Origin: Pseudomonadota bacterium
Lineage (GTDB): Bacteria > Pseudomonadota > Gammaproteobacteria > Burkholderiales > JABEVD01
DNA: 64,000 nucleotides
Reading direction: 5' to 3'
NCBI GenBank assembly: GCA_021848825.1
Contig: JAJZTQ010000002.1
Span: forward strand, 5,129 to 69,128
The translations under genes were made by a program, and so were the position numbers. Shown here piece by piece: positions 30,255 through 38,633 of this stretch (position 1 is its first letter; every line of letters starts with the position of its first letter). The notes under the pieces were generated by a model that saw only the letters and a list, made by a program, of their open reading frames with translations, was not told the DNA's origin and searched no databases.

Positions 30255-30950
30255 GTGAAAGGGGGGCAGTCGGGCTTCACGCTGGTCGAGATCGCGATCG
30301 TTCTCGTGATCATCGGCCTTCTGATAGGCGGCGTGCTCAAGGGCCAGGAAATGATCACCCAGGGCAGGATCAAGAGCGCGATCATCGATTTTTCCGGCAT
30401 CAGTGCCGCCTATTACGCCTACATAGACCGATACAAGGCGCTGCCCGGAGACGACAGCCAGGCCACAGCCAGATGGGGCGCGGCAATTCTTCCCAACAAT
30501 GCAGTCGGCAACGGCGACGGCGTGATCAGCGGACCCTACTATCAGACGGCGGTAGGCACCGGCGCTACAAACGAGACGGCAGACTTCTGGTCCCACCTCA
30601 GGGCGGCAGGGCTCGTGACCGGAAACAGTCTCGCCAATCCGGTCACGCTTCCCATCAATTCTTCCGGCGGCATCATCGGGGTGCAGACCGGCAATGGCGC
30701 TGCGGCACCCGGGGAGGTGCTGCTGACAGCCGGCGCAGGCACGGGACTCATCGGTTTCATGATCTGCTCGACCCGGCTTCCGGACAGGGTCGCAGCGGCA
30801 GTGGATGTACAGCTGGACAACGGCAGTCCGAATTCAGGCAGCATCCGCGCCTGGCAATCAGGGGGCGCCCAGGATCCTGTTCCTGCGGCGCCCGCAGGTC
30901 CGCCCTATTCCGACAACGGCACCGCAATGTCGATATGCAGGGCGCTCTAG
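30255..30950 (+). CDS. type IV pilin (copy 2, tandem paralog)
   Basis: GTG 30255 after GAGGAA. VKGGQSG/FTLVEIAIVLVIIGLLIGGVLKGQEMITQGRIK. C-terminal Cys pair (MICST...SICRA). Confidence 0.85.
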   Translation: MKGGQSGFTLVEIAIVLVIIGLLIGGVLKGQEMITQGRIKSAIIDFSGISAAYYAYIDRYKALPGDDSQATARWGAAILPNNAVGNGDGVISGPYYQTAVGTGATNETADFWSHLRAAGLVTGNSLANPVTLPINSSGGIIGVQTGNGAAAPGEVLLTAGAGTGLIGFMICSTRLPDRVAAAVDVQLDNGSPNSGSIRAWQSGGAQDPVPAAPAGPPYSDNGTAMSICRAL

Positions 30951-31005
30951 TCTGCTGACCATTGGAGATTCAGGAAGCACGTATTCAATCAAGAGGAGGT
31001 CGTCC

Positions 31006-32571
31006 ATGTTTCGAAAATTGCATGTTTTCGCAGCCCTGTTCGCCGTTTTCTCAACCGCCGCCAATGCCGCGGCCTTTGCCCCGATCGTGCCGGTCAACCC
31101 GGACAACACCTTCCAGGTGGTCGATGTCCAGGCTATCGTCAAGGCGCTTCCCCCGGGGCAGCGCTGGATCACCCATGTCAAGGAAGACCTGCTGAAATTC
31201 TGGGGCATGCCGACTGCGCTTGGCAATCCGCTGGGCGACTTTCCCACCTACCGCTGCGACGACGGAAGCCTCTACGACAAGTCCCATCCCTGTCCGGAGC
31301 TCGAGCATGCCGATCCGGGCATCGTCAAGCTGGACCGCGACTACACCCGCGCAAAGAGCCGCCAGGTCTATGGCTACGGCGTCGCCTACCAGCTGACGGG
31401 CGAAGAGAAGTATCTGCGCTATGCCGTGGCCGGCGCAGACTGGCTGATGAAGCACGCCCTCGACGCCAACGGGGCGGCGAGTTGGTTCAAGGACGGCAAG
31501 CCGCAGCCGCCCGACCTGCAGCGCACCAGCCAGGACATGGCCTATGCGGTCTCGGGCATCGCCTTCCTTTACTACCTCACCCATGACGAACGCTATCTGA
31601 ATGCAGTGATCGCGCTCAAGAGCCACATCTTCAACACCTACTTCGACCCCCAGTGGGGCCTGCTGCGCTGGGTGATGGCGCCGGATCAGGACGGCGACAA
31701 GCCCGATCAGAAAGAGCTGGTTTCCCAGCTCGACCAGGTTTACGGCTACCTCCTCTGGACCACCATGGCGCTGCCCAAGGGAAAGCTCAAGCGTCAATGG
31801 ACGAAGGATCTGCATCATCTCGCGGCAGCCATGCGAGACCAGTTCTTCGGCGAAACATACGGCCTCTACTGGGGGGCGATCACGGACATGGAGCACCGCA
31901 ATCTCGCCAACTACAAGGGAGAGGAAAGTCCGCATACCGACTTCGGTCACTCCATCAAGACCCTGTGGCTCACCTATCGCATCGGCATGCTGACCGATGA
32001 CATGTCCCTGGTCAACTTTGCGCGCCCGAACATGTACACTATCCTCGACCGCGCCTACATTCCGAAGACGGGCTCCTGGGCTCGGGGCTTCAAGCCTGTC
32101 GGAGACGGGAGCGGGCGCTGGACGCTGGATCCAGACAAGGAATGGTGGAGCCTGGCGGAGCTCGACCAGGCCGCCGCTACGCTGGCACTGGTGGACCCGG
32201 TCTTCGCCCGGGTTCTTCCGCACACCTATGACTACTGGTTCAGGTACATGGTGGACCACAAGCACGGCGATGTATGGCACATGGTGCGCGCAAAGGACAA
32301 CAAGCCCGATCTCTCCTTTCCCAAGCAGCATTCCTGGAAGAACGCCTTCCACGTTTTCGAGCATGCCCTGGTCGGCTATGTCACGGCCCAGCAGCTTCAC
32401 GACCAGCCGATCACCCTGCATTACGCCTTCAAGGGCAGCGTGGCGGATGACACCATCCATCCCTACCTCTATTTCGGCGAGGTCGTGAAGCGACAGACGC
32501 TTGGGCATTTCAGCGATCCCGCGCTGAAAAACTATACCCCTAGCGAAGTCACCTTCAATTCTCTTCACTGA
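31006..32571 (+). CDS. secreted (alpha/alpha)6-barrel protein, N-acylglucosamine 2-epimerase (AGE)/glycoside-hydrolase-like superfamily
   Basis: Start trimmed to ATG 31006 after AAGAGGAGG. Signal peptide MFRKLHVFAALFAVFSTAANA. YGYGVAYQLTGEEKYLRYAVAGADWL, QDMAYAVSGIAFLYYLT, QLDQVYGYLLW and WNAFHVFEHALV resemble AGE-family repeats. Confidence 0.5.
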   Translation: MFRKLHVFAALFAVFSTAANAAAFAPIVPVNPDNTFQVVDVQAIVKALPPGQRWITHVKEDLLKFWGMPTALGNPLGDFPTYRCDDGSLYDKSHPCPELEHADPGIVKLDRDYTRAKSRQVYGYGVAYQLTGEEKYLRYAVAGADWLMKHALDANGAASWFKDGKPQPPDLQRTSQDMAYAVSGIAFLYYLTHDERYLNAVIALKSHIFNTYFDPQWGLLRWVMAPDQDGDKPDQKELVSQLDQVYGYLLWTTMALPKGKLKRQWTKDLHHLAAAMRDQFFGETYGLYWGAITDMEHRNLANYKGEESPHTDFGHSIKTLWLTYRIGMLTDDMSLVNFARPNMYTILDRAYIPKTGSWARGFKPVGDGSGRWTLDPDKEWWSLAELDQAAATLALVDPVFARVLPHTYDYWFRYMVDHKHGDVWHMVRAKDNKPDLSFPKQHSWKNAFHVFEHALVGYVTAQQLHDQPITLHYAFKGSVADDTIHPYLYFGEVVKRQTLGHFSDPALKNYTPSEVTFNSLH

Positions 32572-32583
32572 AGAGCACAGATC

Positions 32584-33966
32584 GTGAAAAAATTGTTCCT
32601 GACCTTTCTGCTGCTCTTCCTGAGTGCCCCTGCCTGGGGGCAGCCGCTTGAGCGCCCTGCGGCCATGGCCCCGCTGGTTGTCAGCGACTGGTCTTCCTTC
32701 GAGGACCTGCTTCGTCATGCGAAGTCTGTCGGCATCACAGCGATCAGCACCGATGTCTGGTGGGGCAAGGTGGAGGGGGCAGGGGAGCAGAAATTCGACT
32801 GGCGCTACTACGACGAGGTGAGCCGCGCCATCATGAATGCTGGGCTGAAATGGGTGCCGATCATGTCATTCCACCAGTGCGGCGGCAATGTCGGCGACGA
32901 TTGCGACATCCCCATTCCCGCCTGGATCTGGTGCCGGCTCGACTGCAAGGATCCGGACAGGCTGAAGTACAGGAGCGAAAACGGAAACGAGTCGAGCGAG
33001 GTGATCGCGCTCTGGGCGGACGATCTGGCGCGCAAAGAGTATATGGAATTCATCACCGCTTTTCGCGACCACTTCCGAAATCTGGCGGGAGAGATCGCGG
33101 AAATCAATATCGGCACAGGCCCGAGCGGGGAGCTGCGCTATCCTTCCTACAACAACCATGACCACTGGACCTACCCGGGCCGCGGTTTCCTCCAGGCATA
33201 CAGCGAACCGGCAAAGGATGATTTCCGCCGCTTCGTGCGCGACAAATACCAGACGCTGGAGCGGGTCAACCAGGCATGGCACACGAGTCTTACGGACTGG
33301 AGCGAGGTGCTTCCTCCCTCCAATGCCGACGGATTTTTCAGCAGGCAGGATGATCTGAAAATCCAGTACGGCAAGGACTTCACCGACTGGTACAACGGCG
33401 CGCTGGTGAAGCATGGCCGCTTCATGATCAATCTCGCCCGGGAGGCTCTCGGAGACGCTTTCAAGGGCGTCCCGATCGGCATCAAGATTCCGGGCGTACA
33501 CTGGCAGATGAATTCCCCTGCCATGCCCCGCGCTGCCGAAGTGACCGCTGGCCTCATCCCCACAAGCATCGATATCGCGAGCGAAGAAACGGCGCACGGC
33601 TACGCCCCCATCCTCGACATGGTGAAGCAGGCATCGAGCCATGGTCACCCGCTTGTCCTGCATTTCACCTGCCTCGAGATGGACGACCAGCCGAATGCGC
33701 CGGACTATTCCCTGGCGAAGGACCTGGTTTTCTGGATAGCAAAGGGCGCACAGCGGACAGGCGTCACGGTCATGGGTGAAAACGCCCTGAGCAGCGGGGT
33801 CACAAGCGACCATGGCTGGGACAACATCGACAACGCCATCCGCTGGAGCAGCTACGTCGGCTTCACCGCCTTGCGCCTGAAGGATCTCACTGCCAACGAT
33901 GACCTCGGCTTCCAGCGCTACAGGCGCCTGATCGACGAATTCAAACCGCAAGGAGCAATGCCATGA
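32584..33966 (+). CDS. beta-amylase, glycoside hydrolase family 14, catalytic domain only
   Basis: Signal peptide MKKLFLTFLLLFLSAPAWG. GH14 signatures DVWWGKVE, MSFHQCGGNVGDDCDIPIPAW, catalytic-Glu contexts GPSGELRYPSY and VMGENAL. Confidence 0.85.
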   Translation: MKKLFLTFLLLFLSAPAWGQPLERPAAMAPLVVSDWSSFEDLLRHAKSVGITAISTDVWWGKVEGAGEQKFDWRYYDEVSRAIMNAGLKWVPIMSFHQCGGNVGDDCDIPIPAWIWCRLDCKDPDRLKYRSENGNESSEVIALWADDLARKEYMEFITAFRDHFRNLAGEIAEINIGTGPSGELRYPSYNNHDHWTYPGRGFLQAYSEPAKDDFRRFVRDKYQTLERVNQAWHTSLTDWSEVLPPSNADGFFSRQDDLKIQYGKDFTDWYNGALVKHGRFMINLAREALGDAFKGVPIGIKIPGVHWQMNSPAMPRAAEVTAGLIPTSIDIASEETAHGYAPILDMVKQASSHGHPLVLHFTCLEMDDQPNAPDYSLAKDLVFWIAKGAQRTGVTVMGENALSSGVTSDHGWDNIDNAIRWSSYVGFTALRLKDLTANDDLGFQRYRRLIDEFKPQGAMP

Positions 33967-34598
33967 ACCAATCGTTGAAGGGAAAAAGGGTCGCCCTGCT
34001 GCTCGAGACCGAATACATCTTCGATGAGCTGCTCTATTACAGGCAGCAGGTGGAGATGATGGGCGGCGAGCTGGATCTGCTCACCTGCCTCTGGGGCGAG
34101 CCGAGCAAGATCTTCGTCAACGACTGCGACGCCTGGGACCGGCCGATTACCAGCATGCATGCCATCACTGTAGACAAGTGCGTCACCCAGGTGCGTGCCG
34201 ACGAGTACGACATCGTGCTCTGCGCCGCCAACTATGTCGCCGTGCGCCTGCGGGAGATCCCGCCCATGGGGAGCTTGGGGTCGCCCTCCGAGGTCAACGC
34301 AGCGCCAGCGGTGAAGTTCTTCGCCGATGCCATGAGGAATCCGGGCATCGTCAAGGGCGCGCTCTGCCACGCCCTCTGGATCCTCACCCCCAACCCCCAT
34401 CTGCTCAAGGGGCGCCGCGTCATCTGCCACACCGTGGTGCTGGCCGACGTCATCAATGCAGGCGCCGTCTTCGTCCCGGCAGAAAGCCATGTGGTGGTCG
34501 ACCGGGACCTGGTCACCGGCCGGTCTTTTGCCGACGTCGAGGCCTACTGGAAGGCGATCGTGGAGACGGCTGCAAGGATAAACGGGAGTTCGGCGTGA
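33963..34598 (+). CDS. DJ-1/PfpI family (class I glutamine amidotransferase-like) protein
   Basis: ATGA overlap with the beta-amylase stop. KRVALLL N-terminus, nucleophile-elbow-like GALCHALWIL, VVDRDLVTG. Confidence 0.6.
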   Translation: MNQSLKGKRVALLLETEYIFDELLYYRQQVEMMGGELDLLTCLWGEPSKIFVNDCDAWDRPITSMHAITVDKCVTQVRADEYDIVLCAANYVAVRLREIPPMGSLGSPSEVNAAPAVKFFADAMRNPGIVKGALCHALWILTPNPHLLKGRRVICHTVVLADVINAGAVFVPAESHVVVDRDLVTGRSFADVEAYWKAIVETAARINGSSA

Positions 34599-34603
34599 CG
34601 AGG

Positions 34604-35485
34604 CTAAAGCTGACGCGCCTGATCGACAAAAGCCTTCAGGTAATCGACATCGACGTCCGCTACGCGCGCCCCCAGGAAGATCTGCTTGGCGATACCGCAT
34701 CGTCCCAGACGAACCGGAACGACATCCATTTTGCCTAGATATTCTTCGGCCAGCCAGCGAGGCAAGGCGGCGACCCCTCTTCCGCTGGCCACCATTTGCA
34801 GCATGATTTCGGTCGTTTCGATGACCTTGTGGCGCCTCGGGCTGATGCCTGCAGGCATCAGGAACCGATTGTAGATATCGAGGCGTTCAATCTCGACCGG
34901 ATAGGTGATCAGCACTTCTTCGGCGAGCTGTTCAGGTTCCACATAAGGGGCTTGAGCCAATGGATGCTCGCGAGAGGTCACCAGGACCTGCTCGTAGTCG
35001 AACACCGGCTCGAAGTGCAAACCGGGCTTGTACAGGGGGTCCGGCGTCACCAGAAGATCGATCTCGTAGGCGAACAGCGCACCTATGCCCCCGAACTGGA
35101 ATTTCTGCTTGACGTCGACATCCACGTCGGGCCAGCGGGCAAGGTAAGGCGAAACCACCTTGAGCAGCCACTGGTAGCAGGGATGGCATTCCATGCCGAT
35201 GCAGAGCGTGCCGCGCTCCCCTTTCGCATACTGCTTCAGGCGTTCTTCGGCCCTTTCCATCTGGGGCAGCAGCCGCTCGGCGAGCGCAAGCAGGTATTTT
35301 CCTGCCTGGGTCAATCTGAGCCTTCTCCCTTCGCGCAGCCAGATATCCGTGCCCATCTTCTGCTCGAGCTTTCTCATCGCATGGCTCAAGGCAGACTGCG
35401 TGAGGCACAGGACATCGGCTGCTGCAGTCAGCGAGCCCTGTTTTTCGACTTCCCTGACAATGGAAAGATGGATCTTCTCGAGCAT
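34604..35485 (-). CDS. metR: LysR-family transcriptional activator MetR
   Basis: HTH SLTAAADVLCLTQSALSHAMRKLE. Divergent from metE, with TGAA-N5-TTCA boxes in the shared intergenic region. Confidence 0.85.
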   Translation of the reverse strand: MLEKIHLSIVREVEKQGSLTAAADVLCLTQSALSHAMRKLEQKMGTDIWLREGRRLRLTQAGKYLLALAERLLPQMERAEERLKQYAKGERGTLCIGMECHPCYQWLLKVVSPYLARWPDVDVDVKQKFQFGGIGALFAYEIDLLVTPDPLYKPGLHFEPVFDYEQVLVTSREHPLAQAPYVEPEQLAEEVLITYPVEIERLDIYNRFLMPAGISPRRHKVIETTEIMLQMVASGRGVAALPRWLAEEYLGKMDVVPVRLGRCGIAKQIFLGARVADVDVDYLKAFVDQARQL

Positions 35486-35493
35486 GAGATAAA

Positions 35494-35506
35494 TGAAAAA
35501 TATTCA
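35494..35506. promoter_or_regulatory. MetR-box-like site TGAAAAATATTCA
   Basis: Matches the TGAA-N5-TTCA form in the 103-bp metR/metE divergent region. Confidence 0.55.
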
Positions 35507-35531
35507 TTGAACATTGAAATAATACCATTTT

Positions 35532-35543
35532 ATTTCATGAAAT
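35532..35543. promoter_or_regulatory. 12-bp perfect palindrome ATTTCATGAAAT
   Basis: Read directly. Lies 46 nt upstream of the metE ATG and contains abutted TTCA/TGAA half-sites. Confidence 0.4.
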
Positions 35544-35588
35544 AAAAAGCCTACCATGGCTGCATATATCAGGAAACAAGGAAAAAAC

Positions 35589-37901
35589 ATGGTTACAACG
35601 CACAACCTCGGCTTTCCGCGCATGGGCGCGATGCGCGAACTGAAGTTCGCCCTGGAATCCTACTGGAAAGGCCGGTCGTCAAGAGACGAACTGAACGCGC
35701 TCGGGGCGCAGCTTCGCAGCCAGCACTGGCAGGCGCAATCCGGGCTGGATTGGGCGCCAGTTGGCGACTTTGCGTTCTACGACCAGGTGCTGGACATGAG
35801 CTTCACCCTGGGCAACCTGCCCAAGCGCGCCCGCGGCTACCTGGGCGATCCGCTCGACAACAGCTTTCGAGTGGCGCGCGGCCGTTCCGTTCAGGATGGA
35901 GAAGGGCACGGGGCCTGTTGCGGCGGCATGACCGCGGGCGAGATGACGAAGTGGTTCGACACCAACTACCACTACATCGTCCCTGAATTCGAGGCCGATA
36001 CCGAATTCAATCTCGATCCCTCGCGCCTTCTCGATCAGCTCGCCGAAGCCAAGGCTCAGGGTGTGAAGCCCAAGCCCGTCATCATCGGCCCGCTCACCTA
36101 TCTCTGGCTGGGAAAATCGAAGGATGGCAAGGACAGGATCAGTCTGCTCGAGCGTCTGCTTCCCGTCTACTCGGCACTTTTGGAGAAATTGGCCCAGGAG
36201 GGCGTCGAATGGGTGCAGATGGACGAGCCTGTGCTTGTCACCGAGCTCGAACCCGAATGGCGACATGCCTTCAACCTGGCTTATCATCATCTCAAGAGCA
36301 GCAGGATCAAGCTTCTTCTTTCGACCTATTTCGGCGCCCTGCAGGAAAACCTTTATCTTGCCTGCAATCTGCCTGTTGCCGGCATTCATCTCGATGCAAT
36401 CAATGCGGGCGAAGAAATCGGGATGCTGATCGACCTGCTGCCTGCTCACAAGGTGGTCTCTCTGGGCGTCATCAACGGGCGCAACATCTGGAAGAGCGAT
36501 CTCAACGCCACGCTCGACTGGCTCGAGCCGCTCGCGGAGCGGCTGGGGAGTCGGCTCTGGATTGCGCCGTCCTGCTCCCTGCTGCATGTTCCGGTCGATC
36601 TCGAAAGCGAACAGCAACTCGATGCCGAGATCAGATCCTGGCTCGCCTTCGCCGTGCAGAAACTCGAAGAGCTGAACATCCTCGCAACCGCATTGAATCA
36701 TGGCCGGGCGGCGGTTGCCCGGGATTTGGCGGCGAACCAGGCTGCTATCGCAAGCCGCCTTGCTTCGCCGCGAGTCACCAATCCTTTCGTCAAGGCGGCG
36801 ATCGCCGCCATCACGCCTGAACTCGGGCTGCGCAAGAGCCCCTATCCGGTTCGTGCAGACAAGCAGGCCGCCCTGCTCAAGTTGCCGCTCTTTCCGACCA
36901 CCACCATCGGTTCCTTTCCGCAGACTATCGAAATAAGGCAGGCGCGCAGCAGGTTCAAGGCGGGGGAAATCGACGATGCAGCCTATATCGCCGCCATGAA
37001 GGGCGAGATCGAGCGCAGCGTGCGGGAGCAGGAGGCGCTTGGGCTGGACGTCCTGGTTCACGGGGAGGCGGAGCGCAACGACATGGTCGAGTATTTCGGC
37101 GAGCAGCTCGATGGCTACGCCTTCAGCCAGTTCGGCTGGGTGCAGTCCTACGGCTCGCGCTGCGTCAAGCCGCCCATCCTGTATGGCGACATCAGCCGCC
37201 CTGGTGCGATGACGGTCGAATGGATCAGGTATGCCCAGTCGCTGACCGAGAAGCCGATGAAAGGCATGCTGACAGGGCCGGTGACCATCCTCAACTGGTC
37301 TTTCGTGCGCGACGATCAGCCCAGATCGGTTTCCTGCTTTCAGCTAGCACTGGCGATCCGCGAGGAAGTGCGGGATCTGGAGAAGGCGGGCATACGCCTG
37401 ATCCAGATTGACGAGGCTGCATTGCGCGAAGGCCTGCCGCTGCGCAAGTCGCAATGGAAAGCCTATCTCGACTGGGCGGTGGAATCCTTCCGGATCGCCG
37501 CAAACGGCGTGAAGGATGAAACGCAGATCCACACCCACATGTGCTATTCGGAATTCAACGACATTCTCCCGGCCATCGCCGCCATGGATGCCGATGTCAT
37601 CACCATAGAGACTTCGCGTTCCGACATGGAGCTGCTCGACGCCTTCGACGACTTCAGGTATCCGAACGAGATCGGCCCTGGCGTCTACGACATCCACTCG
37701 CCAAACATTCCTACAGAGGAACATATTGTCCACTTGATGAAGAAGGCCGCAGAGCGAATTCCTGCGGAACGTCTTTGGGTGAATCCCGACTGCGGCCTGA
37801 AGACCCGCCAGTGGGCCGAGGTCGTCCCGGCGCTGACCAACATGGTCGCTGCGGCCAAAGCATTGCGTTGCAAATCCGCAGCCCTGACTTCGGCAGATTG
37901 A
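35589..37901 (+). CDS. metE: cobalamin-independent methionine synthase
   Basis: Start trimmed to ATG 35589 ([13 protein letters not shown]). 770 aa. C-terminal Zn-site region HTHMCYSEF...NPDCGLKTR. Confidence 0.96.
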   Translation: MVTTHNLGFPRMGAMRELKFALESYWKGRSSRDELNALGAQLRSQHWQAQSGLDWAPVGDFAFYDQVLDMSFTLGNLPKRARGYLGDPLDNSFRVARGRSVQDGEGHGACCGGMTAGEMTKWFDTNYHYIVPEFEADTEFNLDPSRLLDQLAEAKAQGVKPKPVIIGPLTYLWLGKSKDGKDRISLLERLLPVYSALLEKLAQEGVEWVQMDEPVLVTELEPEWRHAFNLAYHHLKSSRIKLLLSTYFGALQENLYLACNLPVAGIHLDAINAGEEIGMLIDLLPAHKVVSLGVINGRNIWKSDLNATLDWLEPLAERLGSRLWIAPSCSLLHVPVDLESEQQLDAEIRSWLAFAVQKLEELNILATALNHGRAAVARDLAANQAAIASRLASPRVTNPFVKAAIAAITPELGLRKSPYPVRADKQAALLKLPLFPTTTIGSFPQTIEIRQARSRFKAGEIDDAAYIAAMKGEIERSVREQEALGLDVLVHGEAERNDMVEYFGEQLDGYAFSQFGWVQSYGSRCVKPPILYGDISRPGAMTVEWIRYAQSLTEKPMKGMLTGPVTILNWSFVRDDQPRSVSCFQLALAIREEVRDLEKAGIRLIQIDEAALREGLPLRKSQWKAYLDWAVESFRIAANGVKDETQIHTHMCYSEFNDILPAIAAMDADVITIETSRSDMELLDAFDDFRYPNEIGPGVYDIHSPNIPTEEHIVHLMKKAAERIPAERLWVNPDCGLKTRQWAEVVPALTNMVAAAKALRCKSAALTSAD

Positions 37902-38069
37902 CGGGCAGCCTTTCGACGCGGCTTGGCCATGGGCTCTTCTCCTTCGAATGCCGGGGATGCCCTGTATCGGACGGGAACACTTTGTTTCAAACTGAAACAC
38001 GGGAAACATCGAGTGGTTACGAATCGGGCATAGATTTCAATGTACCTGTTTTCATCATGGAGGTGCCAC

Positions 38070-38624
38070 TTGAAATCATTCACCAGACTTGCCTTTTCGA
38101 CGGTTCTTTTTGCCTGTTCAGCGCTGGCTGCAGAAAACGCGATGGCGGATAACGCCGGCGTTCCGCCTCCGCCCGAACACTACCGGGCTTTCGACAGGGT
38201 TCAAATGACCCGGGGCCGCCTCGAGGATCTGAAGGCGAAGCTGAATCTCGGCGAATCCCAGATGCCCGCATGGAATGCATGGTCGGCCGAGGTCGTTTCG
38301 GATGTGAAGGAGCTAGACAAGGAAGCGAACGGCATGCATCGTGACTGGCGGGAAGGACGCCAAAAGGATCTGACCATTCCCGAAAGGATGGAAAGGCAGG
38401 AAGCGCATCTTCGCAGCAGAATCGGCTGGATGCAGAAGCGCCTGGATCTGCTGGAGGCCGGGAGGAAGAATACGGAAACCTTCTACGCAGCGCTCACCAG
38501 AGATCAGAGAACCATATTCGATCTCTTCTGGGAGAAAAACTTCCGCCGCCGTCACGCCATGAGGGATTTCGGCTCGAAACGAAGGGAAATGCCTGAAGAC
38601 AGGGGCCCAGGGGGAAAATCATGA
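38070..38624 (+). CDS. periplasmic Spy/CpxP-like (LTXXQ-motif) protein
   Basis: Start placed at TTG 38070 after GGAGGTG, giving signal peptide KSFTRLAFSTVLFACSALAA. ALTRDQRTIFDLF LTXXQ-type motif, helical and charged composition. Confidence 0.5.
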   Translation: MKSFTRLAFSTVLFACSALAAENAMADNAGVPPPPEHYRAFDRVQMTRGRLEDLKAKLNLGESQMPAWNAWSAEVVSDVKELDKEANGMHRDWREGRQKDLTIPERMERQEAHLRSRIGWMQKRLDLLEAGRKNTETFYAALTRDQRTIFDLFWEKNFRRRHAMRDFGSKRREMPEDRGPGGKS

Positions 38625-38633
38625 GGGGACGCA

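Noticed and set aside
29540-31005. Sigma-54 (-24/-12) promoters upstream of the pilin and glycan-enzyme genes (for example TGGAGCGGCAAATCA at about 29583 and TGGAGATTCAGGAAGCA at about 30963).
   Set aside because: The first lacks a TTGC-like -12 element. The second has its GC one position off the GG-N10-GC spacing. Neither fits the consensus TGGCAC-N5-TTGC well enough to report.
35486-35588. Possible cobalamin riboswitch in front of metE.
   Set aside because: The leader is only about 100 nt and AT-rich, with no GC-rich B12-box-like core visible. It is too short for the element. A covariance-model scan would be the definitive test.
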